Shown here: piece by piece, positions 1-11,319 of the stretch
Layout of the letters: every line of letters starts with the position of its first letter
Position numbering within the stretch: the first letter of the stretch is position 1
Source of the DNA: Azolla caroliniana
Taxonomy: Eukaryota > Plantae > Polypodiophyta
Assembly: GCA_043228905.1 (NCBI GenBank)
Contig: JBHGNT010000006.1
Coordinates: forward strand, 16,430,001 to 16,494,000
Length of the DNA: 64,000 bases
Direction of reading: 5' to 3'
Made by a program: the position numbers and the translations under genes
Notes under the pieces: model-generated
What the model saw: the letters and a program-made list of their open reading frames with translations, nothing else
The model's database searches: none
What the model was told of the DNA's origin: nothing

Positions 1-1645
1 GGAGGCCAGTGAGGAACCTTCGCAAGAAGGGGGAGTTTCTAATCCGGCCCGAGCCGTCAAAACGCAACCAAATGCGGATATTGCGGAAAGCTCGGCCACC
101 ACGAAGAAGAGTGCCGAAAGAAGATGCGTGAATCGGCTTCCACAAGCCGACAACTCACGAGTTACGCACACAACTCCGACTACAAAGATCGTGGCGGAAT
201 GTATGCACACAACTCCGACCATGGCGAAATGTACGGGCACAACTCCGACTACGAAGATCGTGGCGGAATGTATGCGCACAACTCCGACCATGGCGGAATG
301 TTCATGATGAAACATAGAGCAAACTCTATGTCGGCCGCTACGTCAACTAGTGCCTCCGGTCCGGAAGACGTATGGTTCGTCGATTCCGGTGCCTCGAACC
401 ATATGACATCGCATCAACAATGGTTCCGAGAACTTCGAGAGCCGGACCGACCCGACTATGTCGAAACCGAAGATGACACTACACACCCGATTCGTCACAT
501 TGGCAATGTTCCATTCGGAAAAGAAGGTAAGCAAAATTACATTAAAAATGTCTTGCATGTACCGACCATTATGAAGAATTTGGTCTCCGTCGGCCAAATT
601 GTAGAGCAAGGGATGCAAGTTCGATTTAATCAAGGCGGTTGCTTCATCGAAAAAGAGGGCCGACTCATCGCATGTGGAAGAAGAGAGGGCCGGATGTTCA
701 TTCTCGATTCACGCGAGATGAAATCCGCCATGTTCGCGAAAAACACGAAAGCCGACTCCGACATAGAGCTATGGCACAAGCGAATCAGCCACATCAATCT
801 CAACAAACTCAAAGCAATGAAATCGAAAGGAGTCGTCATCGGACTCCTGACATTCAAAGAGAAGGAGATTGAAGGTGTATGCGAAGCGTGCCAATTCGGC
901 AAGCAACACCGACACCCATTCCCGAAAGAGCGGAACGTGAGCAAAGGTCTACTCGACGTAGTCCATTCCGACGTATGGGGACCGACGCAGACGGCTACAT
1001 TCGGCGGATGCCAATATTACGTGCTCTTCATCGACGACTTCTCTAGGCACACTTGGATCTACCCGATGAGGCAAAAGAGCGAAGTGTTCGGACACTTCCA
1101 AAATTTCAAGAATGAAGTCGAGAAAGCCACGGGCCGACATGTACGATGCCTTCGATCGGATGGCGGCAAGGAGTACTTCTCGAACAATTTCATGGCGTAT
1201 CTCCGAAAGGAAGGAATTCGGTGAGAATTCACTTGCCGACACACTTCGCAACAAAATGGAGTAGCCGAGCGCAAAAATCGGCACATCCTCGAAGTAGCGC
1301 GGGCCATGATGAACGAGAAGCATATGCCCAAGTCATATTGGGCCGAAGCTGCAAATACGACCGTCTACCTAATGAACCGGTGCACAACATCCGGCGTGCA
1401 CGAGGTCACTCCGCACGAAAAATACTTCGGAAAGAAGCCGGACTTATCGCACATCCGGATATTCGGCGCGATAGCGTACGTGCACATCCCCGACGAGAAG
1501 CGTTAAAAGCTTGATCCGAAGTCGGAGAAATGTATCCTCGTAGGATACTCATTGGAGCAAAAGGGGTACAAGTGCTACAACCCCTCAACTTGAAAATCTC
1601 GAGTAAGTCGAGATGTCGTTTTTGACGAGTCCGCATCCTGGTACG
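1..1645 (+). mobile_element. Truncated Ty1/copia internal region (gag zinc knuckle, protease, GAG-pre-integrase, integrase)
   Basis: CGYCGKLGHHEEEC knuckle at ~73-115; ORF 124..1224 has WFVDSGASNHMT, LWHKRISH, CEACQFGKQ, VHSDVWGP, CLRSDGGKEY; continues in 1306..1506 with stops; breaks off at ~1645. Confidence 0.93.
163..300 (+). repeat. Imperfect in-frame tandem repeats (GGMYAHNSDH/Y) in the gag-protease linker
   Basis: Four cacaactccgac cores, several preceded by ggcggaatg. Confidence 0.85.
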
Positions 1646-1659
1646 TCGTTTTTGACGTC

Positions 1660-2300
1660 TTTACAAAATGCAATAATGCAAATAGTGGACAATGGGATGG
1701 GATCTAGTATGCATGGGTGAGTAAGGTTTCCTTGTTCGGATAAGCATATAGTTGTGTAGTTTGGTACAACATATGCAATATAATATGTGAAATGTGATCT
1801 TCCACGTATCTCCCTAGGTATGGTATATTGACATAGCAAACAAATGATGTTGATGTATCATACATTCCATCTTATTGTAATGCATTCCATCTTTCAAACC
1901 ATATCTTCATATATTGCATCACGTATGATTCTATGAAGTCGAAATGAGGGGATTCTTTCAAACATAAAGCAAGTATCCAACACTCCTTTCTATGGCCCAT
2001 GATTTTAATGAGAAATGGTCTAGTCTCAAGAGGTAAGAGGAGCATATATGGCACTTTGTACCTTGACTTTGAAGAAACTTCATAAAAACATGTTAAATGG
2101 ACATTTTCAAAATCTTTCAAATTGGAGTTTGGATACTAATGCCCTTTACCTGAACCCCATGGAGGAGTAGCATTGTCACACAAAACATTAAAGAGGCATT
2201 TCTTGAGAAGCTAACATTTGATTTGGGTTTTTTGAAAAATACGAAAAGAAGTATGGGGATTTTATGAAACAAATGATAACTGAGCTTACTTGTACATATA
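1660..2300 (-). mobile_element. Older degenerate LINE 3' fragment, related to the LINE at 2780-4766
   Basis: Minus-strand LLLHGVQV..KDFENV..LETRP and GRSHFTYYIAYVVPNY align by eye with LLYGVEI..KEFENV..LETRS and GSRFTYYTTHFAPNY of the neighbouring LINE. Confidence 0.7.
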
Positions 2301-2779
2301 ACCATACCTTTGAAGAGAGAAGAAGAAGAAGACGAAGAAGAATGTTAATATCTCTAAAGAGGCCAATGTGGCAAATGAGACCAAAACAACATAACATTAT
2401 ATAACTTCTTCGGTTGTTCGAGAAATGAAAACTTAACCAAAAAGAAAAAAGAAAACTACATATGGACATAAAGAAACTATGAAAAGGGTGATGCAAACCC
2501 ATTCAAAAGCCACATTTTAGAGACACCTTGTCTTGGTGGTATTGTTGTGCATGAGGAGCATGAGGAGCTAGGTCTTGAAAGCCCCTATGATATTATTATA
2601 GCTCTTATTCAATGCGAGCAATAGTGAGTTAGTGGTGTTTAATTAAGGTCATAGCGAAAGTGTGCACGAATGACGCTTGCTCCTCCTGTCCCATGCATCA
2701 ATAGCATTAGAAACACTTCAGGAGAGAAGGGGGGGGGAGAGAGATTATATTATTTTCTTCGGAGGTCAAATATGACCTA

Positions 2780-4766
2780 TTAGACCACAAATATTACACT
2801 TCATGTGATACCTGTGAAAGTGAGTAGCAACTCTCGATGTTCAAGAACTTTACTAATGAATGTTGCAATCGAGAGTGCACATTGTGATTGTGAGAGAAAT
2901 TCGTGCAAGGATTGGGCATGGTCGAAGATGTGTGGAAAGCATGGTCGAATATGATCAAAGGCAGAGCATTTTACCAAAGTGTGATACTTAGACTCTCAAA
3001 CTTGATTAGGGAAAAGTGTGCATAGTCGACCACTCTCATCACTTGTGCCCCAACGCCCCACCTCACATCACAATGGATGTGAGCTAAGTCGCATGGAAGC
3101 AATGGTTCGAATGGTACACAACGAGATGGGCTCTAACATGCGATGTGTACAGTTTCCCCATTCCATGAAGAATATTGTTTAAATGTAGTTAGGTGCAAAA
3201 TGTGTAGTATAATATGTGAAGCGTGAGCCTCTACATTTTTTCCATGTCATGATACATTGGCGTTGCAAAAAGGCCTCATTTACAGAGGAATCTAGTGATG
3301 CATCATGAAGCAAATGTGTTGCATCCCATCTACGAAACCATCTTTTCATATCTTGCATCCAACCAGAAAACAAAATTTGCTTTTTTGCATCTTTTGACTC
3401 TTTTTGCTTGCTTCCCATGTAATTCTAGGAAGTCAATGTGAGGGACTTTTTTGAACCTTAAACATGTATTCAACAACCATAAACCCTTTCCATGGTCATG
3501 ATCTCAATATGAAGTGATCTCGTCTCGAGGAGGATGTGTGGTGTTTGTTTCTTAACTTGTAGAAATTTTGTAAGAAAATGTTTTTGGACATTTTCAAACT
3601 CTTTCCAACTACATTTAGGGACGCTACCACCTGATATTTCCACCCCATAGAGAAGAACCAGTGTCACCAAAGTGTCGAAAAGGTATTTCTTGAGGACCCA
3701 ACACTTAATATCTTCATGATTGCATGTGTTCTTAAATGCATAATATGATAGCTTTCCTGCCTCTAAATGGTGTGTAGCACATTCATTCCATCTATGGTTT
3801 GAAAGAACCTCAAGGCCAAGATATTTGAAGCTTTTCACACATTCAAGTGGCTCATTATTGTACATAATGCATGGCTTATCTTTCTTTTGGCTCTTCACAA
3901 GCATAATCTTTGTTTTAGAGCTATTGACACTTAATTTAGTAGGCATGCAAATTTTTTCCAATGCCTTCATGAGCTTTTGCGCATCTCCTAAAGTATTTGT
4001 GAAAATCATTACATCATCTACATATAGCAAAAGCATATTGACAACATTCCCAATTGCAACTTCTTCAACACTATCTTCCTTTACAAACTTGGCAACCATT
4101 TCTTCCAATTCATCAATGCATAATAGACCAAATAAAGTTGGTGAGAGTGGGCATCCTTTCTTAACACCAATAGTGCTACAGAAAAAATCTGAAAGTTTAT
4201 CACTTATACTCACACAACATATAACCTTCTCATATATTCGGGAGATTGCAAGAATATATTCACTTGGTACCTTGAGTTCTTCCATTCGCCTCCAAAGATG
4301 CTCATGAGGTACCATATCAAAAGCTTTCTTGAAGTCTACGAAGCAACAATATAAACCTTTACCTCCAAGGCAACTTTCCTCCATTAATGCTCAAAGGGTG
4401 ACAAGGTGATCAATGGTGCTATGGTGTTTTCAAAAGCCAACTTGTCCATAAGTTGTCTTACCATTTTTTTCAGCCTTTGCACTTATCTTTGATTCCATTG
4501 TACATCCAAATAGTTTTATCATTAGTGAGCCAACCATGATGGTTCAATAGTTGTTTACGTTATATACATCTCCACCTTTAGGTAAAGGTTTGATCCAATT
4601 TGTTGTCCAATCATATGGCATAGTTGATTCCATTGTACATCCAAATATTTTTATCATTAGCGAGCCAACCATGATGGTTCAATAGTTGTTTACATTATAT
4701 ACATCTCCACCTTTAGGAAAAGGTTTGATCCAATTTGTAGTCCAATCATATGGCATAGTTGATTCC
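2780..4766 (-). mobile_element. 5'-truncated non-LTR retrotransposon (RTE/RTEX-like): RT plus C-terminal region
   Basis: ORF 3470..4384: CFVDFKKAFD, GVKKGCPLSPTLF, LLYVDD, FKYLG; degenerate Cys/His motif at ~2950-3030; left boundary approximate. Confidence 0.88.
4491..4766. repeat. 135-bp tandem duplication inside the LINE
   Basis: gattcc starts units at 4491, 4626 and 4761; the first two units are near-identical. Confidence 0.9.
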
Positions 4767-5255
4767 TGTTGGGAAATCGGTCCCTCCGGATGGGATCCGG
4801 TTATGAATGAAGAGGACCAAGTGAGAACCGGAAGAGAAGACATATTTGTAAATATGTTTTGAGTAAGCCTATTGAGGCTATATTTGTAAATAGCCCTAAG
4901 TTCATGTAAGTATAAATATGACTTAGGGCAATCACTCTATAGATGTGTAGAGAGGGTTGTCATATTGTTGGAGAGATAACTGTTGTATATATATATAAAG
5001 AGAGAGAGAGCAAGATAGTAGCTACAAGCACGTTTTGTTGTAACTGTCGTCTGGCGAAGATCCCGAGCATGAGGTCATTGACTCTGTGTCTCCACTTTGT
5101 ATTTTCTCTCATATAGTGATAGTTGGAGTCTGTGGGCTCCCGTGGTTTTTCCCTATTAGGGTTTTCCACGTAAATATTCTATGTACTCTCTACTTCCCAT
5201 TTCTGTGATTCAAGACTCGGTTGTGGCCGAGCAATATTCTGTGCTATTCTTCACA
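4767..5255 (+). repeat. 5' LTR of a Tork/Tnt1-like copia element
   Basis: TGTTGG...CA, followed by Met PBS tggtataagagc (5259-5270); reverse complement of the LTRs at 6125-6641 and 10699-11260. Confidence 0.88.
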
Positions 5256-5284
5256 ATCTGGTATAAGAGCGAACAACGCAAGAA

Positions 5285-5964
5285 ATGGATGAATCATTCG
5301 GCAGCATGTTCAAGCTCACCGGCTACAACTACTCAATGTGGAAGTTGAAGATGAGGGATATGCTGGTGGTTAAAGATCTTTGGTTGCCGATATAGTTCGG
5401 GGACAAGAAACCCGATAAGATTGACGCCACAATATGGGAGGTGATGCACATGAAGACGACAACATACATCCGGTGCTTCATCGACATGAGCCTGTACAAC
5501 AACTTCAATGAAGAGAGCAAGGCTCATGAACTATGGGAGAAGATCGGTATCATGTTCCAAAACAAGAACACAGTTAATCAGGTTTTGGTATTCCGGAAGC
5601 TAGGGAGACTCTGATACCAGGATGGCTCCAATATGGTGGAGCACATGAATGCCTTCCAGGGACTGATCCACCAGGCAACCTCGTTGGAAGTATCTCTTGT
5701 CGATGAGGTACTCGCATTCCTCCGGGATAGTTGGGAGACGCTAGTTGTCATGTTGGGCAATGCTAGGCCGGAAGGAAAACAGTTGTCCCTAGCAAGAGTC
5801 AAGTCAAGCTTGCTAGATGAAGAAGCTCGTCGGAAGGACTGGGAGTCCGGAACCGATCCGAAGGCCTTGGTCACGGAAGATGACCAGAAACGGGGAAGAG
5901 GCCGGTATCGGAGTCCCCAAAACTGGGACAAATCAAGGACGAGGTCGAAGTCAAGGGGGAGGCT
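5285..5964 (+). pseudogene. Copia gag, first part (interrupted; resumes at 11261-11319)
   Basis: MDESFGSMFKLTGYNYSMW...; ORF 5633.. matches the gag of the minus-strand copy. Confidence 0.88.
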
Positions 5965-6124
5965 TCCGGTCTCTTGTCCCCGAACTGTACCGGCAACCAA
6001 AGATCTTTAACCACCAGCATATCCCTCATCTTCGACTTCCACACGGAGTAGTTGGAGCCGGTGAGCTTGAACATGACGCCGAACGATTCTTCCATTCCTT
6101 GTGTTGTTCGCTCTGATACCAGTT
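5965..6124 (-). mobile_element. PBS and gag start of a second tandem copia unit, truncated
   Basis: gctctgatacca (reverse-complement Met PBS) at 6110-6121, then MEESFGVMFKLTGSNYSVWKSK. Confidence 0.88.
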
Positions 6125-9100
6125 TGACAAGAATAACGCGGAATATTGCTCGGCCACAATCGAGTCTTGAATCACTTCAATGGGAGTGGAACACAGAAAT
6201 CGGAAGTAGAGAGTACACAAAGGAAATACACAAGATGTTTACGTGGAAAACCACGGGAGCCCACGGACTCCAAGCTATCACCATATGAGAAGGGTACAAT
6301 CAGAGACTCGGAGGCAACGACCTCGAGTTCTGCATCTTCGCCAACCGATGGTTAAAACAGAGTATAGCTTTGTATCTCTCTCTCTATATATAGCTCCCTA
6401 TACAGTAGTTATGCACATACAACAATATAACAACAACAACCCACACATCTAAAGTGATTGCCCTAGGTCATATTTATACTTATATGAACCTAGGGCTATT
6501 TACAAATATAACCTCAATAGGCTTGCTCAAGACATATTTACAGATATTCTCTCTTCCGGTTCTCACCGGTTCTCCTCTGGTTCTCACTGGGTCCTCTTCA
6601 TTCATCACCGGGTCCCATCCGGAGGGACCGATTTTCCAACAATCTCCCTCTTCACTCTAGTATGGGGTGTCTTGTCAGCCCGATCCGCTTTCCGCACGCG
6701 TCCAGTTTGTCGGTCGTTAACACCGTTCTCCTCCGTGTGGATCTTCGTCAGCACAAACTCTTGATCTTCTACTCTCTCCCTGATCTAGTGGTACCTCCAC
6801 TGGGTATGTTTCATTAGGGAATGGTAGGCCATGTTCTTTGCAAGGTGGGTGGCACTTTGACTATTGCAGTAGAGCCGATACTCCTCCTATTGGATCCCTA
6901 ACTCTCCGATGAAGTCCTTCATGCAGATTATCTCCTTGCTGGCTTCCACAGTTGCCATGTACTTTGCCTCCGTGGTTGACAACGCAACCGTCTTCTGTAG
7001 TCTCGATTGCCACGAGACAGCTCCCCCTGCATAAGTCATGACATATCCGGATGTCGACCGGCTGGTATCCGCATCGGCTGACATATCCGAGTCCGTTAAT
7101 ACGTCAACTTGGGGATTATCGGAGCCAAACCGGAGGGACATACTCAGGGTGCCTTTCAGATACCGGAGTATCCACTTCACCACGTTCCAATGCTCTCTTC
7201 CGGGATTGCTTATGAACCGGCTCACCACTCTGACTGCATATCCGATATCTGGTCGGGTACATACAATTGCGTACATCAGGTTCCCGACGGTAGAGGCATA
7301 TGATATCTTCATCATATTTGTCTTCTCTGCCTTTGTCCTCAAGCTTTGTTTTCCGGACAGCTTGCAATTTGCTGATAGTGTCGATCCGACCGGTTTAGCC
7401 TCCGACATGTTGAACTGTTGAAGCACCTTTTTCACGTACTTCTCCTGTGACAACCACACCAGCTTCTTCGACTGGTCCCGAATGATGTGCATTCCCAATA
7501 TCTGTCTTGCCGAACCCAAGTCTTTCATTGAGAAGTTCCAGTTCGGAGCCTTCTTCAACATCCAAATCTTGCCTTGGTCTAGTCCGACGATCAACATAAC
7601 ATCCACATATAGGAGTATCAGGAAATCTCCTCCGTCAATTTTTTTCACAAACACACAGTGATCAGCTTGCGTTTTGTGGTACCCTTGGTTGGTCATGAAG
7701 GAGTCAAACTTCCGGTACCATTGTTGGGGGGCTTGCTTCAGTCCGTATAGGCTCTTCTTCAACCGGCACACCAGGTGCTCCTTCCCTTCCTTCTCAAAAC
7801 CTTTCGGTTGATGCATGTAGATTTCTTCTTCGAGGTTCCCATGTAGGAATGCCGTCTTGACGTCCAGTTGCTCTACGTCGAGGTCCATGCTTTCCGCTAT
7901 GCCCAATACTGTCTGGATGGATGTCATCTTTACTACCGGGGCAAAGATCTCATCAAAATCCACTCCTTTCTTCTGCTGGAAGCCCTTCACCACGATTCGG
8001 GCCTTATACCTTGGTGGATTTCCAACATCTCCTAGTTTGAATTTGTACACCCACTTGTTTTGGAGTGCTACCTTCCCTTTCGGCAACTCCGTTAGTTCAT
8101 ATGTGGGGTTCTCATGCAGGGAATCCATCTCATCCTGCATGTCACTCAACTACTTGCGGTTGTGGGTGTCTCTTTTTGCTTCTTCGAAGCTTTCTGGTTC
8201 CCCCTCATCGGTTAGCAACACATGCTCTATATCCGGAAATCTCCGGGGGGCTCTTCTATCTCGGATAGGATATTTCCGTCCTTGGTTTCTGACTACTGGT
8301 TCCTCCGTTTGTTCCTCATCCTCATCCGATTCGGGATCTTGTCTGGTTCCGGTGTCTTCTTCTTCTTCTTCTTCTTCTTCTTCGGTCGGTTCGGTTTCTT
8401 GTCCGAATCCAGCCGGTTCGTCGAGTGTCATCCGGTTACCGGCTAACATCCAGTTTTCATTGGATGATCTGGAGTTCATCACCTTCTTCTCCGACTCCCA
8501 GTCAGCAATGGTCCTGTCTTCCATGAAGATTATGTCTCGACTCCGGAACACCTTCTTGTCGACCAGATCCCACACCCGGTAACCGAACTCATCATCGCCA
8601 TATCCAAGGAATATGCATGGCCGGGACTTTGGATCCAGCTTTGCTCTCTTGTCCTTTGCAACATGCACATATGCAAGACACCCGAACACCTTGAGATGTC
8701 GGTAAGACACGTCCTTACCGGTCCATCCTCTTTGTGGTGTGTCTCCGTCCAAGGGTAATGAGGGTGATTTGTTTATCACATAGGTTGGTGTCGTCAACGC
8801 CTTAGCCCAAAACGTCTTGGGTAACTATGTATGTGCCAGCATGCTCCGGACTCTCTCCATTATGGTCCGGTTCATCCTTTCGGCCTGCCCGTTTAGTTCC
8901 AGTGTCTTCGGCACAGTAAACTCGAGCCGGATTCCCTTTGACAGGTAGTACTCCTCAAACTACCCCCGGTATTCTCCTCCGTTATTTGCCTGAACCACCT
9001 TCAGCTTCCAGCCGGTTTCTCTTTCCACTCTCGCATGGAGCTCCTTGAAGACAGATAACACTTGATCCTTCGTCTTCAGTGGTGAGGCCCACAATTTCCG

Positions 9101-11260
9101 GTTGTGGTCATCTATGAACGTCACGAAGTACTACGATCCGGCATGTGAGTTCGTGTCCACTTGACACACATCAGTATGCACCAGCTCCAGTGGTGCATTC
9201 CGTCTCATCGTTGGTCTTGACCGGAAGGAGGTTCAGTTTTGCTTGCCGGCCAAGCAATCGGTGCACCTCTCAAGTTGCACGTCCTTCACCGGAATGAGGT
9301 TGTCTTTGGCAAGCCTCTTCATCCCCTTCTCACTCATGTGACACGGTCTTTTGTGCCACAACTCATCGGCAATGTCGGATGCTACGTTCACTTCTTCCCG
9401 GCATATCCGGGCTTGCATCAAGTATAGTGTGTTGACCTTCTAGGCTCGAGCCACTATTAGGCTCCCTTTGCTGCACTTCATGACTCCGTTCCAGATGCTA
9501 CCCGTGTAGGCTTCATCATCTAGCCGACCGGCTGATATCAGGTTCAGTCGAACCTCTAAAACGTGTCGAACATCCTTCAATAGCAACTTGCATCTGGTTG
9601 ATGTCGTCAACAACACATCTCCTATGCCGACAATTCGGCATGTACCTTCATTCCCCATCCGGACACAACCATGATCACCGGTTGTGTAGGATGAGAAGTA
9701 TTTTCGGTCCATTGTCAGGTGGAACGACGCTCAGGAATCGACAACCCACATTGTCTCATTGCCGACAAGGTTTAACTCATTCTCTTCGGTAATGAGCATC
9801 AGTTCTTCTTCACTTGTCGTGATTGTCGAGTCTCCCTTCTGATTCGGGCCTCTCCGGTCCGAATTGTTTCGGTTCGAACTCTTCTTCGAATCGTTAGTGC
9901 CAGTTTCTTTCTCCTTCCGGAAATGCCCGTAGTTCTTCTGGAAGTGCCCTGTCTTCCCACAATAGAAGCAAGTAGGCCTCTCCTTTGACTTCGATCTCGT
10001 GCCCGATTTGTCCCGGTTTTGGGGACTCTGATATCGGCCTCTTCCCCGGTTGTGGTCATCTTCTGTGACCAAGGCCTTCGGATCGATTCTGGACTCCCGG
10101 TCCATCTGGCGAGCTTCTTCATCTAGCAAGCTTGATGTTACCCTTGCTAAGGACAACTGTTTTCCTTCCGGCCCGGCGTTGCCCAACGTGACAACTAGCG
10201 TCTCTCAGCTATCCGGGAGGGAATCGAGCAGGAGTAATGTGAGTACCTCATCGGCGAGAGGTACTTCCAAAGAGGTTGCTTGATGTATCAGCCCCTGGAA
10301 GGCATTCATGCGCTCCACCATACTGGAGCCATCCTGGTACCGGAGCCTCACTAGCTTTCGGAATACCGAAACCCGACTAACGACATTCTTGTTCTGGAAC
10401 ATGATGTCGATCTTCTCCCAGAGTTCATGAGCCTTTCTCTCTTCATTGAAGTTGTTGTACAGACTCATGTCGAAGAAGCACCGGATGTATGCCGTTGTCT
10501 TCATGTGCATCACCTCCCACAGTATGGCGTCGATCTTATCCGGTCTCTTGTCCCTGAACTATACCGGCAACCAGAGATATTTAACTACCAGCATATCCCT
10601 CATCTTCGACTTCCACACTGAGTAGTTGGAGCCGGTGAGCTTGAACATGCCGTCGAACAATTCTTCCATTTCTTGTGTTGTTTGCTCTAATACTAGTTTG
10701 ACAGGAATAGCGCGGAATATTGCTCGGCCACAACCGAGTCTTGAATCACTTCAATGGGAATGGAACACAGAAATGGGAAGTAGATAGTACACAAAGGAAA
10801 TACATAGGATGTTTACGTGCAAAACCCAAATAGGCAAAAACCACGGGATCCCACAAACTCCAAGCTATCACTATATGGGAAGGGTACAGTCAGAGACTCA
10901 AAGGCAATGACCTTGAGTTTTGCATCTTCGCCAACAGGCGGTTACAACAGAGTATCGATCTGTATCTCTCTCTCTCTCTCTCTCTCTCTGTGGCTCTCTA
11001 TACATTAGTTATGCACATACAACAATATAACAACAACAACCCACACATCTAAAGTGATTGCCCTAGGTCATATTTATACTTATATGAACTTAGGGTTATT
11101 TACAAATATAGCCTCAATAGGCTTGCTCAAGACATATTTACAGATATGTCTCTCTTCTGGTTCTCATCGGGTCTCCTCCGGTTTCCGGATCTCTTCCGGG
11201 TCTCATCGGGTCCTCTTCATTCATCATTGGGTCCCATCCGGAGGGACCTATTTCCCAACA
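6125..11260 (-). mobile_element. Full-length degenerate Tork/Tnt1-like copia LTR retrotransposon
   Basis: LTRs 10699-11260 and 6125-6641; degenerate PBS 10684-10695; PPT 6642-6656; gag from 10669, CFYCGKTGHFQKN, protease WVVDS, integrase, RT (QLDVKTAFLHG, LKKSLYGLKQ, LLYVD), RNase H (TDSDM..STTEAKY). Confidence 0.95.
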
Positions 11261-11319
11261 CAACTTGCTTCTAATGTGGGAAGTTGGGGCACTTCTAGAA
11301 GAATTGTTGGCATTTCCGG
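11261..11319 (+). pseudogene. Continuation of the + strand copia gag (zinc knuckle)
   Basis: Translates TCF*CGKLGHF*KNCWHFR, matching PTCFYCGKTGHFQKNYGHFR of the family. Confidence 0.85.
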
